This document shows, in pieces, positions 39,160 through 48,419 of a stretch of 64,000 nucleotides of DNA. Position numbers and translations under genes: made by a program. The DNA is from a bacterium (GTDB lineage Bacteria; Bacteroidota; Ignavibacteria; UBA10030), in the NCBI GenBank assembly GCA_043803945.1, contig JAZDJN010000056.1:1-64000 (forward strand), given 5' to 3'. The notes below the pieces were generated by a model. It was given only the letters and a program-made list of their open reading frames with translations, made no database searches and had not been told where the DNA came from. Positions within the stretch are counted from its first letter, which is position 1. Each line of letters starts with the position of its first letter.

Positions 39160-40857
39160 TTACTGTATTGTTACTGCTCCCTTTCGTTCTTTCTCTTTGA
39201 AAAAAACTGGAACTTTTATTTTCGAAAGATCAACCTTGTTCACCACGATGCCATTTGTTTCATCATCCAATACGGCAATTCCCGTCTCCGCCGAAGGAGA
39301 AACCGTACCATCCTTGATGGTCATATTCTTTGCACCGAGGAATGCAAACGCAGGGCCACTGGTTGTTTTTAATGTAAACCGATTCAGCATCCAACCTTCG
39401 GTATCGGCAAAGAAAGCACCGTACTGTGCACTGATGGTGACATCGGTCAGCGTAATGTTTTTGATCGGCGATTCCGGAACGCCAAACACTGCAAGAGCCC
39501 TCTTTGCGCCGGTGCAGACAATATTCCGGATTGAGAAATCCCTGAAGTAAGGTGTCCGGTTTGTGACCGGTTCCTGCTTGCGCCATCCCTCGCTTTGGAC
39601 GCGCGTTTCGGTATTCCCCTCTTCATAATAGTAGTCGAAGAGAATGGCATCGGTGGCAATGTTCTTCATACGGATACCATCAATATATATTTTCTCTGTG
39701 ATGCCACCGCGATCCCGCGTCGTCTTGAACCGGAGACCGATATCGGTATCGATGAATGTACAGTTCCGGACTGAGACATTGCGCGTACCGCCGTACGATT
39801 CCGAACCGATAACAAATCCCCCATGGGCACGGTAGACGATGCAATCAGCGATGACGATATTTTCACAAGCTACTTTCCAATCTTTTCTCGATCCAAACCC
39901 GCCGGGTTTCAGACAAATCCCATCATCACCCACATCAACAACCGTCTTGTAAATCAGCACCTGATGGCTCGAGGCAATATCGATCCCATCGCCATTCTGT
40001 GCGTTCCATGGATTGCGCACCGTAATGTTTCTGATGATCAAATGTTCGCACTCCATTGGATGGATGTTAAACCGCGGGGAATTTCGAAATGTCGGACCAT
40101 CCAGTAATACTCTTGTGCAACCTACGATCTCCACCATATCAGGGCGCAGGAATTCCCGCGCTTTGCTGAAGTCTTTTGCTGTGGGATCTTTTTTTTGCAC
40201 TTGTAATTCTTTGAGGTACTTCTCTCCGTTCATCGCTTCTTTTGATGGCCACCATTCCGTGCCCTTCTCATTCACCACCCCGCCCGATTTGATTAATTCC
40301 TTCCATTCCCGTTCTGTATATTTTTCCTTTTTCACGTAGCGCCATACTTCTCCTGAACCATCGATCACTCCTTCGCCGGTGATGGCGATGTCAGTCAACG
40401 CGAATCCCGAGATGGGCGGTGTATAGCGAAATGATTTCGAAGTCGGTGTTCGCCGGATGACAGGAAAATCGTCAATGCTCTTGCTAAAGAGAATCATTGC
40501 ACCGCGTTCCAGATGGAGATCAATCTTGCTCGCAAGCTGAATGGGGCCCGTCAGCCAGAGTCCCGAAGGAACGACGACATGGCCGCCGCCGGCTTTTGCA
40601 CATGACTGAATTGCTTCGGCAAATGCACGTGTGTTCATAGTGAGGCCGTCGCCCACCGCACCAAACTCGAGGATAGTGACAGAGCGATCGGGAATTTCCG
40701 GAAACTGCAACTCAGGCATTGTAAAGGGAAGGTTCGCGGTATAGGCCTGCAGTTCCTTTTTATCACGGTTCAGAGGCTGGGCCTTCAGATGCTGTGCGAT
40801 CATTCCCATCATGAGGCAGCCAATCATTATTGTGACAACTATTCTGTGATACTTCAT
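39160..40857 (-). CDS. Glycoside hydrolase family 28 (polygalacturonase)
   Basis: FGAVGDG, NGDGID, GDDGICLK, HGGFVIGSE, RFKT. Confidence 0.95.
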   Translation of the reverse strand: MKYHRIVVTIMIGCLMMGMIAQHLKAQPLNRDKKELQAYTANLPFTMPELQFPEIPDRSVTILEFGAVGDGLTMNTRAFAEAIQSCAKAGGGHVVVPSGLWLTGPIQLASKIDLHLERGAMILFSKSIDDFPVIRRTPTSKSFRYTPPISGFALTDIAITGEGVIDGSGEVWRYVKKEKYTEREWKELIKSGGVVNEKGTEWWPSKEAMNGEKYLKELQVQKKDPTAKDFSKAREFLRPDMVEIVGCTRVLLDGPTFRNSPRFNIHPMECEHLIIRNITVRNPWNAQNGDGIDIASSHQVLIYKTVVDVGDDGICLKPGGFGSRKDWKVACENIVIADCIVYRAHGGFVIGSESYGGTRNVSVRNCTFIDTDIGLRFKTTRDRGGITEKIYIDGIRMKNIATDAILFDYYYEEGNTETRVQSEGWRKQEPVTNRTPYFRDFSIRNIVCTGAKRALAVFGVPESPIKNITLTDVTISAQYGAFFADTEGWMLNRFTLKTTSGPAFAFLGAKNMTIKDGTVSPSAETGIAVLDDETNGIVVNKVDLSKIKVPVFFKEKERKGAVTIQ

Positions 40858-40933
40858 AGTATCTGCGCTTTCAATATGATTTAGGATTCACTCAGCATAT
40901 TCAATAGCCCAACGCTTATTTTCTTTCCAATAT

Positions 40934-41063
40934 GAGGTCGTCTATAAAGAAAAAACACTAGGGCGTCACGAACCACTTCGTGACGCAAAATACGAAAAAC
41001 ATTCAGGTTTAATGTGTCACGGTGTGGACCGTGACACCCTTGGCGTCCTTTTTAGTCAGCCTC
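40934..41063. mobile_element. MITE-like element B: same terminal repeat family as A, different internal hairpin doublet
   Basis: GAGGTCGTCTATAAAG ... CTTTTTAGTCAGCCTC; inside, GCGTCACGAACCACTTCGTGACGC and GTGTCACGGTGTGGACCGTGACAC. Confidence 0.7.
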
Positions 41064-41170
41064 GAGATATTCCTCATACAACAACATTTCATTAATCAGG
41101 TTATTCTGCATTTTGTTAGACATGAAAATCACATTGAGGCTGTGATGATCACACTGAGCAATTACTTGGA

Positions 41171-42214
41171 TTATTTCTTTCTTGATCCGGCAATTTTCCT
41201 AACGCAGGTTTTGCATAGCACCAGCTTAGTCGGCAGAGTGATATGCTGATACACAAACTCCTCCTTGTTTCTAAGATTTTCGAGCGTCAGATCAAATGCT
41301 TTTCGTCCCAATTCCGTCGTTGGTTGTTCAACATAACTCATCGGCGGTGAGAGAAATTGATTCAAGCCGCTATTGCCAAAGCAGATGAGGTCAATATCGT
41401 CGGGGATTTTCAATCCCAATTCTTCCGCCGCACGATACACGCCCAGCGCTACAGGGAACGTAACGGCGAAAATAAATTCCGGCATGCTGCCGGCCTCATA
41501 CATTTTAATAAACCCGCGATAGCCATCATCTTCACTGAATCCTCCGAACGTAACCCACTCCGGACGAAGAGAGACACCATTATCTTTTAACGAAGTTTCA
41601 AAGCCCTTAAACCGTTCTTTGCCGATATTTGTATGCTGATATCCGCCGATGTGCCCCAATTTTTTATACCCGATGCTGATGGCCTGTTCCGTTGCGGCAT
41701 AGGCGCCGCCACGGTCATCGGCCACAACAGTGTTGAATCCTTTCAGGTTTACCACGCGATCCATAAAAATAATCGGGACTCCCATTTTCTTCACTGTCTC
41801 AAAAATCGAATAATCTTTCGTCTGCTGCGTGACCGAGACGATCATGCCATCGACACGCATGGAGAGCAGCGATTGAACGTGGCGCAATTCTTTCTCGACA
41901 CTTTCCTGGGAAACGGTCAGAATGATTTCATAATTATTCTGAAATGCTGCGTCATAAATAGACTCAATGACAGACGAAAAGAAGAAGTGGGCAATCTTAG
42001 GTACAATGAGCCCGATGGTATTGGTTTTCCGTGACGAGAGATTTCTTGCATGAAAATTGGGGTAGTATCCCATATCGCGGGCAATTTTTTTCACCTTCTT
42101 TGCGGTAAGTTCGGAAATATCCGGGTGGCCGCGAAGCGCCTTGGATACGGTAACCTTTGTGACTCCAAGCTTCTTGGCAATATCACTCAACGTTACTTGA
42201 AATCCCTTTTTCAT
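41171..42214 (-). CDS. LacI-family transcriptional regulator
   Basis: TLSDIAKKLGVTKVTVSKAL HTH, YYPNFHARNL hinge, periplasmic-binding-protein-like core. Confidence 0.97.
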   Translation of the reverse strand: MKKGFQVTLSDIAKKLGVTKVTVSKALRGHPDISELTAKKVKKIARDMGYYPNFHARNLSSRKTNTIGLIVPKIAHFFFSSVIESIYDAAFQNNYEIILTVSQESVEKELRHVQSLLSMRVDGMIVSVTQQTKDYSIFETVKKMGVPIIFMDRVVNLKGFNTVVADDRGGAYAATEQAISIGYKKLGHIGGYQHTNIGKERFKGFETSLKDNGVSLRPEWVTFGGFSEDDGYRGFIKMYEAGSMPEFIFAVTFPVALGVYRAAEELGLKIPDDIDLICFGNSGLNQFLSPPMSYVEQPTTELGRKAFDLTLENLRNKEEFVYQHITLPTKLVLCKTCVRKIAGSRKK

Positions 42215-42272
42215 CTGCGTCCTTTTCTGGATGACTCATGGATCCTGATCATATCGCTGTCCCCTGCGCAGT

Positions 42273-43841
42273 TCAGGAATTTAATTGCCTGAGCGGCTTG
42301 AGATGGCGTTCAAAATGTTTAATAAGACATTGATAGTGCACCTCTTCGTTCTTCTTCAGACACTCCATAAGGCGATCTTGAAAGATCAGGCGGCCGTGCT
42401 CATCTTTCGAGGAGAGAATCGTACCAAAGGTCACATGCAGAATCTGACGGGCATTCTCTTCCATTAACAATGATTGCAGTTCAGCATCCGTGTACTCACA
42501 GGCTCGCTTCATTTTTGCAATCTCGGCTGTCACATGATACGATTGCCGGTCATTCTGATAGTGTGCTCGGGCATAGTCGAGAATTTCCCTGAAGAGCTGC
42601 GGTTCTGCGATTGCGATGGCACGCAGCGCTTCGAGCCAGCTTGTGCCGGCAGTTTTGACATGCACCGCACCGGATTTCAATGAACCGACAGCTTCATAGA
42701 CAAGGAACTTATCGCTTCCCGAATGAATACTGATTTTGTACGGACCGGAATATTGGGCAATCAGCAGATGTTTTCGATACTCTTTCGTAAACTCGCAAAG
42801 GTCGCCTTTATATTCGATTCCCTTTTCGAAATCACCAATGAACCGCGGCGCCAGACTGACCAGCGTTATGTGAAGACGCTTACATTCATTTGCAATAATA
42901 AAATGTTCAAGCGGAGATGTCGGCGTATCGGTCTCATCCACCGAAAGCTCAATTTCGTACGGTTTGCTTCCCCATTTCTGTTTCAGGTGATTGGCAAGTA
43001 CAACTGTCTGCGCGATGGCAGCGCCATATTTTACCAATGCCCTGAGGACTAGATCGGTTTCTGGAACGAGCACAAAATCGTCGGCAAACGTGAATTGCTG
43101 CCCGGCATAGCGGTCAACCATGGATTCCAGCGAATCCTGCAGCAGGTTCCATGGCAATGCGGCGGCTCGCTGTTTCACTTCTTCCAAAGGCATCCGGGCA
43201 GCTTCATTCACTACATGAGCACCGATATCCAGGGTGAACATTGTAAATCCGACACTTGCGTAGCGGTCAATATCGGCGGAGGTTTTCAAATGATCGCCAT
43301 CCGCTCCGAAGCCGTCTTTGTATCCCTCCTGGAACACAGCCCAGGTTGCTGCATCCATAACGTCGCCGGCTTCCCGTTTTGTCCGCTCCAGCTCACGTAC
43401 GGATTGCTGTGCAAGAATCGGTTTGAAGCCGCTGCCTGTCATTGCACGAAGATGTCCGGCATTGGCAATTCCAAGACGATCGCCGCACCCGAGTGAATTG
43501 TGCAGGCCAAGGACCGTAGGGCACGTGAAGGGAAAGAGCATTCTCAATGAATCGGCATTGCGATGATGCATCGGGCAAAGTTTCACAGTCGCTGACTTAT
43601 TTCCACCTGAGTATGTGAACAATATTCCTTCGAAGAGACGGGATACTTCAGTTTCTTTTTCCTCTGTCAGAATACAGAGAAATTTTTCCGAGCCGTTCTT
43701 CCCGACAAAGATGAATGTGTTATCAACCCCCTGAACCGATTTTGGATAGACCGTCAGTTGGATCTGCGATGTGAGCGAGAGTTCAGCCGGAGTTGTGCTC
43801 TGGTTTGGATTCGGTTGTGGAAGAATATCTTGGATGCTCAT
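42273..43841 (-). CDS. uxaE: Tagaturonate/fructuronate epimerase
   Basis: GDRLG, AQQSVRE, GADGDH, ELSVDET, GDFEKGIEY, SIHSGSDKF, HVKTAGTSWLEALR. Confidence 0.93.
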   Translation of the reverse strand: MSIQDILPQPNPNQSTTPAELSLTSQIQLTVYPKSVQGVDNTFIFVGKNGSEKFLCILTEEKETEVSRLFEGILFTYSGGNKSATVKLCPMHHRNADSLRMLFPFTCPTVLGLHNSLGCGDRLGIANAGHLRAMTGSGFKPILAQQSVRELERTKREAGDVMDAATWAVFQEGYKDGFGADGDHLKTSADIDRYASVGFTMFTLDIGAHVVNEAARMPLEEVKQRAAALPWNLLQDSLESMVDRYAGQQFTFADDFVLVPETDLVLRALVKYGAAIAQTVVLANHLKQKWGSKPYEIELSVDETDTPTSPLEHFIIANECKRLHITLVSLAPRFIGDFEKGIEYKGDLCEFTKEYRKHLLIAQYSGPYKISIHSGSDKFLVYEAVGSLKSGAVHVKTAGTSWLEALRAIAIAEPQLFREILDYARAHYQNDRQSYHVTAEIAKMKRACEYTDAELQSLLMEENARQILHVTFGTILSSKDEHGRLIFQDRLMECLKKNEEVHYQCLIKHFERHLKPLRQLNS

Positions 43842-43877
43842 TGATTATTCTTTCTAGAAGTTTACTACGTTTTGTTT

Positions 43878-45398
43878 TTACCGGATCTCACTGTGAGAGT
43901 TCCCGGAGGTTTTCTCCAACAACCATTGAAAGAGATTTTTTGCCGCCTTCCAATTTTCGTACTCCGGAGGCAGCTTTCGGTCGTCGAAGTATTCATTATA
44001 TAACCATGGATCACCGACAGCAACAACGGTTCCTTTCCCGAAGGCTGAAACCGCCATGAGGATGAGATCGTTTTCTGTGAGAAGTGCCTCTGCGGGTTTT
44101 GTCAATTGCTGAGAGGCAACCTCTTTTGTATAAATCTGTTTGACGTCGCGAAAAATTGGGTGTGCCGGAAAACGATCGGTCTTCCCTTTCTCAAAATCTT
44201 TGCCGACAACACGATGATGGCTATCCTCGTTGAAATGAATTCCAAAATGTGCAGCGAGCGCATTAAAATGTTCAAATTCGGCATTACCCTTATCGTTTGT
44301 GAAGAGTACTAATACTCCTCCCGCCTTTACCCAGTCGACAATTGCCGCACTGTGCTCAGGAAGAATGTAATTCGGAACCTGCGTCTCCGCGGGAGTATCC
44401 GGATCAACAATGATATAGATTTGAAATCGTTTCAAGTTATCTGCTGTCGGCGCCGATCGGAGGGTATCGAGATCACCGCCGAGCCGATCAATCGTCCTGC
44501 CAAGTTCTGAAAATCCACTATTCGTCGTATCTTCCCAGGTGTAGTGGAATTGCTCCCGAACTCCCGGTTTTTTCTCACGGAATTCACAATTGAAATAGTA
44601 GTCCAGGCCGACAACAACCTTGTGTTGCGCTGCTAATGAGGGCGGGGATTTGACTAATTCTGCAGCGAGCGGAAGGGGAAGATCACGAACTCCATCAGCA
44701 GCCAAACCGGCGATCGTCAGCGCGCCAATGCGGGTAAAATGTGTGTTATCTTCTTTGCCTTGCGGTAATGCCGCATACTCATTTGGCTTTATCCAGAGGA
44801 ATAACTCCTTCGACTTCTCCGGCCCCACTTTGACGAGAAGATCCTTGCTTCGTTGATGAAGATCAATGAGCGGGACACGCTCTTGTCGCGCCACTTCCCG
44901 CACAACATCTGGATACTCACCATGTTTATCGACAAATGCTCCTTTTGAATCAAATCCCCTGCGGTTGACCGGCGTAAGAAGAATTGGTATCGCCTGTTTC
45001 TCTCTCGCCTTCCTGATGAAAAAGAGAAGGTTCGTTTTATAATCGCCCTGTGGAGATGCATACCGGGCTGTGTCCTCAACTTTCGAATCATTATGACCGA
45101 ACTGGATGAAGAGATACTCGCCCGGCTTGAGTTGATTGTACACTTTTTCCCAGAGGCCTTGATTGATAAAGCTTTTTGTGCTTCGGCCATTACGGGCATG
45201 ATTTTGAATTTTCACCCGGTTGCTGAAATACAGAGGGAACATCTGTCCCCACCCATGCTCCGGGTTATCGATCAATGGTTTGTCGGCCATGGTGGAATCG
45301 CCGATGAGGTGGATCGTTATTGGATCCGGAACAATCCATGCGGCGAAGATACTGACAAGTGCAAATGGAGCAAGAAGTTTGATGAAACGTTTCGTCAT
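43878..45398 (-). CDS. CE12 SGNH (rhamnogalacturonan/pectin) acetylesterase fused to a C-terminal GATase-like/DUF4350-like domain
   Basis: GDST, GWGQ, NGRSTKSF, QFGHND, DNTH; then VGLDYYFN...FHYTWED...IIVDPD...VGDPWLYNEY. Confidence 0.85.
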   Translation of the reverse strand: MTKRFIKLLAPFALVSIFAAWIVPDPITIHLIGDSTMADKPLIDNPEHGWGQMFPLYFSNRVKIQNHARNGRSTKSFINQGLWEKVYNQLKPGEYLFIQFGHNDSKVEDTARYASPQGDYKTNLLFFIRKAREKQAIPILLTPVNRRGFDSKGAFVDKHGEYPDVVREVARQERVPLIDLHQRSKDLLVKVGPEKSKELFLWIKPNEYAALPQGKEDNTHFTRIGALTIAGLAADGVRDLPLPLAAELVKSPPSLAAQHKVVVGLDYYFNCEFREKKPGVREQFHYTWEDTTNSGFSELGRTIDRLGGDLDTLRSAPTADNLKRFQIYIIVDPDTPAETQVPNYILPEHSAAIVDWVKAGGVLVLFTNDKGNAEFEHFNALAAHFGIHFNEDSHHRVVGKDFEKGKTDRFPAHPIFRDVKQIYTKEVASQQLTKPAEALLTENDLILMAVSAFGKGTVVAVGDPWLYNEYFDDRKLPPEYENWKAAKNLFQWLLEKTSGNSHSEIR

Positions 45399-45474
45399 AA
45401 AGTTCTTTCGACAGAATTCAAGATTGGGCAATAACGTCTTGAGTGTTGGTATCTTCTGATGAAAAGCATCCTCG

Positions 45475-46719
45475 CTATTTCAATGCGCCCACGCGTTCAA
45501 GCTCAATAGCAGCCATGAGAAATGGCCCATACCCCTTAAAATCGTTTGTTCGTTTGGGCTCGCTGATATAATATTCAAAACTGCCATCACGGTACGGATT
45601 ACCGCCAAGTCCGGAGACCTGGACGGTGTTATGCAAAAACACCATGCCTTGATCATCGACGGTGACAAACTCTTTGAGCATCGCATCGAAGAGTGCCTTT
45701 GCGGTGGTTTTGTATTTTGCACCAAGGTAGCCGTTGCTCGCGCCTTTGATAAACGCATAGGTGAACATGGAGGAGGAGGAAGCTTCGAGATAATTCCCCT
45801 TCCGATTCCCTTGATCAACCACCTGATACCACAATCCGGTTTTGGAATCCCGGTAGCGCAAGAGTGTTTGCGAGAGCGTTTGAAGCTGTGTGATTAACTC
45901 GCCGCGAGAACGATGATTCCCTGGTAGATGATCGAGCACATCAACGAGTGCCATCATGTACCAGCCAATGGCTCTTCCCCAGAAATTTGGCGATTGGCCC
46001 GTTTTCGGATTGGCCCATTGTTGCTGCTTGCTCTCATCCCAGCCATGATACAGCAGTCCTGTCTTTGGATCCCGGTTATGCTTCCAGATGAGCTGGAACT
46101 GTTTGGCAACATCATCGAGCGCAGATGGTTCTTTGAACATCACCGCATAGTGGGTGTAAAAAGGTTCTGCCATGTAAAGACCATCGAGCCACATTTGATA
46201 CGGATAAATTTTCTTATGCCAGAAGCCGTTTTCGCTTGTGCGCGGGTGGTGCGCGAGCTGCTTGCGGAGTGTGTCAGCAGCAACTTTATATTTCAGATTG
46301 TTGGTGCGCCGGAAGAGCGTAAGCAATTGTCTTCCGGGAGGAATGTTGTCGAGATTAAAGCTCTCGTATTCATAGGTGTTGATCGAGCCATTCTCTTCAA
46401 TGTAGAGATCGATGTTCTGCTTGATGAAGTTGAAATACTTTTCATCACCCGTCTTCTTCCACATCATCCGCATGGCTTCCAGCATCACGCCTTGTTCGTA
46501 ATTCCATTTTCTGCTCTTTGCCTCTGTTCCGTACTTGATGGTATCGGGATTCGATTTCATGAAGGAAGCGGCTATGCGTACAGACCACGGAAGTGACCGA
46601 TCGATAGCTTGTGCTGAAAGTGCCTGATGCAGTACAAGGTAAATCAAGAGCAGTGATGCCACCCGCAACACGAGAGACGAGAGTGCGGATTGTGAAAAAG
46701 AGAATACGGTCTTCATCAT
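45475..46719 (-). CDS. Unsaturated (rhamno)galacturonyl hydrolase GH105
   Basis: WNYEQG, FWHKKIYPYQMWLDGLYMAEPF, YHGWDES, WGRAIGW, YLEAS. Confidence 0.95.
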   Translation of the reverse strand: MMKTVFSFSQSALSSLVLRVASLLLIYLVLHQALSAQAIDRSLPWSVRIAASFMKSNPDTIKYGTEAKSRKWNYEQGVMLEAMRMMWKKTGDEKYFNFIKQNIDLYIEENGSINTYEYESFNLDNIPPGRQLLTLFRRTNNLKYKVAADTLRKQLAHHPRTSENGFWHKKIYPYQMWLDGLYMAEPFYTHYAVMFKEPSALDDVAKQFQLIWKHNRDPKTGLLYHGWDESKQQQWANPKTGQSPNFWGRAIGWYMMALVDVLDHLPGNHRSRGELITQLQTLSQTLLRYRDSKTGLWYQVVDQGNRKGNYLEASSSSMFTYAFIKGASNGYLGAKYKTTAKALFDAMLKEFVTVDDQGMVFLHNTVQVSGLGGNPYRDGSFEYYISEPKRTNDFKGYGPFLMAAIELERVGALK

Positions 46720-46722
46720 TTC

Positions 46723-48414
46723 TTATCTCACCAGAAGAAGTTTGCGTGATTGCGTTCTTCCCCGCGAAACCAGTTGAGCAATATAGACTCCGGATGCGAC
46801 ATTCCGCGACTGTGTGTCTTTTCCATCCCATCGAATGGTGTAGTGGCCCGCCGGTTGCTCCCTCTGCATCAGCTCTTTCACAAGCACCCCGCGAAGATCA
46901 TAGATCCTGAGTGCCACAACGCCTTGTTTTGAGAGGGAGATAGAGATCAGCGTTTCTGGATTAAATGGATTGGGATAGTTTTGATAAAGAACAAAATCGG
47001 AAGGTACTGATCTCTCTATGCTCCCGGTCGTGGTGATCACGTTCCCGGTAACAAGGCTATTGAGATATTCTTCGAGTTTTGTATATCCTTGAGCATTTTT
47101 TAAATTCCGATCACCTGGATCGGCGGGATTGAGGCCCTGTGCCTGTTCCCATGCATCCGGCATACCGTCATGATCGGTATCCATGGGCGGTGGTGCAGTC
47201 GCCAGAAGAGGCCAGCCGCCGACATCACTTTGTGAATCGATAATTCCAGACCGTGCTCCGGTTTTTCCACCAAACAATGCCACTCCATTTTCTACTTCCC
47301 ACACTATTCGTTTGTCGATCGTATCTCGTTTCGGCAGGCTCGCTCCACCATATTTAAGGACTAACCTATATGCTACTTCTGGTTGATGTTGAACAATTGG
47401 AGTGTATGGAAACGGCTCCGTTGCTTTGATAGAATCGAACAAACTGGTGGCTACACCCTGCACCCCAAAGGCCCAATTATCTGTAGTTGCCTGAGGATAT
47501 CCATCCACATAATTCTCATTGATATACCATTTTCCATATCCATGGCTCTCTGTTGATGGATTCACGATCCTATATCTCGTTGAACCACTACTCGTGGAAG
47601 GGCCTGCCTTGTAGTAATTTGCCACAACATTGATCCTGCTTGGCTGTACTTCATTTGCTTCACCACCGTAGCAACTGTTGAATGTCCAGTTATAAACAAC
47701 ATTATTACGGTGGTCTACATTTTCTACTCCACGATCGAAACGTGGATTACGACTCGAGTGATGAGCTAATAAGTTATGATGCCATGTAGTGTTCTTCCCA
47801 CCCCAGATACCTCCATAGCCATGAGCACCTTTGACATGATGTGAGTTACGCAGACTCTCTGCAATGAAGCACCATTGAACGGTCCACTGTTCGATTCCGG
47901 AATAAGCACTCAACGTTTCATCAATCGACCAGCTGATTGAGCAGTGATCGAGGATCACATTCTTAGAGTTCTCGCCATCAAATGCATCATCATCATAGGT
48001 AGAGTCGACATCGCCCAACCGGAATCGTAGATATCTGATTATTACTTCATTCGCCTTCACCGTGAAGTTAAAATCACGGAGACAAATTCCATCGCCAGGA
48101 GCTGATTGCCCTGCAATTGTTAGGTTTCCTCTCGTGACAGATAATCGCGATTTTAATCGAATAGTACCTGAGACACGAAAGACTATTGTTCTGGGTCCAG
48201 TTTTACCAATGGCTTCGCGCAAGCTACCTGGTCCGCTGTCATTGAGATTTGTCACTTCATAGATATCGCCGCCGCGGCCTCCAACCGTATATTGACCAAA
48301 TCCCTCAGCTCCCGGAAATGCTTTCTGCTGACTATGCGAGAGTGTAGCAGTCAGAAAAATGAATTTGAAACCGAATGCAATTACAGTGAATGTATGTTGA
48401 AGTCCAAAGTTCAC
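46723..48414 (-). CDS. Pectate lyase PL1 with FlgD-like T9SS sorting domain
   Basis: AFPGAEGFG, GGRGG, TIAGQSAPGDG, DHCSISWSIDE, SRNPR, DTDHDGMPDAWE; QNYPNPFNP...WDG...ASGVY. Start uncertain (GTG). Confidence 0.92.
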   Translation of the reverse strand: MNFGLQHTFTVIAFGFKFIFLTATLSHSQQKAFPGAEGFGQYTVGGRGGDIYEVTNLNDSGPGSLREAIGKTGPRTIVFRVSGTIRLKSRLSVTRGNLTIAGQSAPGDGICLRDFNFTVKANEVIIRYLRFRLGDVDSTYDDDAFDGENSKNVILDHCSISWSIDETLSAYSGIEQWTVQWCFIAESLRNSHHVKGAHGYGGIWGGKNTTWHHNLLAHHSSRNPRFDRGVENVDHRNNVVYNWTFNSCYGGEANEVQPSRINVVANYYKAGPSTSSGSTRYRIVNPSTESHGYGKWYINENYVDGYPQATTDNWAFGVQGVATSLFDSIKATEPFPYTPIVQHQPEVAYRLVLKYGGASLPKRDTIDKRIVWEVENGVALFGGKTGARSGIIDSQSDVGGWPLLATAPPPMDTDHDGMPDAWEQAQGLNPADPGDRNLKNAQGYTKLEEYLNSLVTGNVITTTGSIERSVPSDFVLYQNYPNPFNPETLISISLSKQGVVALRIYDLRGVLVKELMQREQPAGHYTIRWDGKDTQSRNVASGVYIAQLVSRGRTQSRKLLLVR

Positions 48415-48419
48415 ATGAA

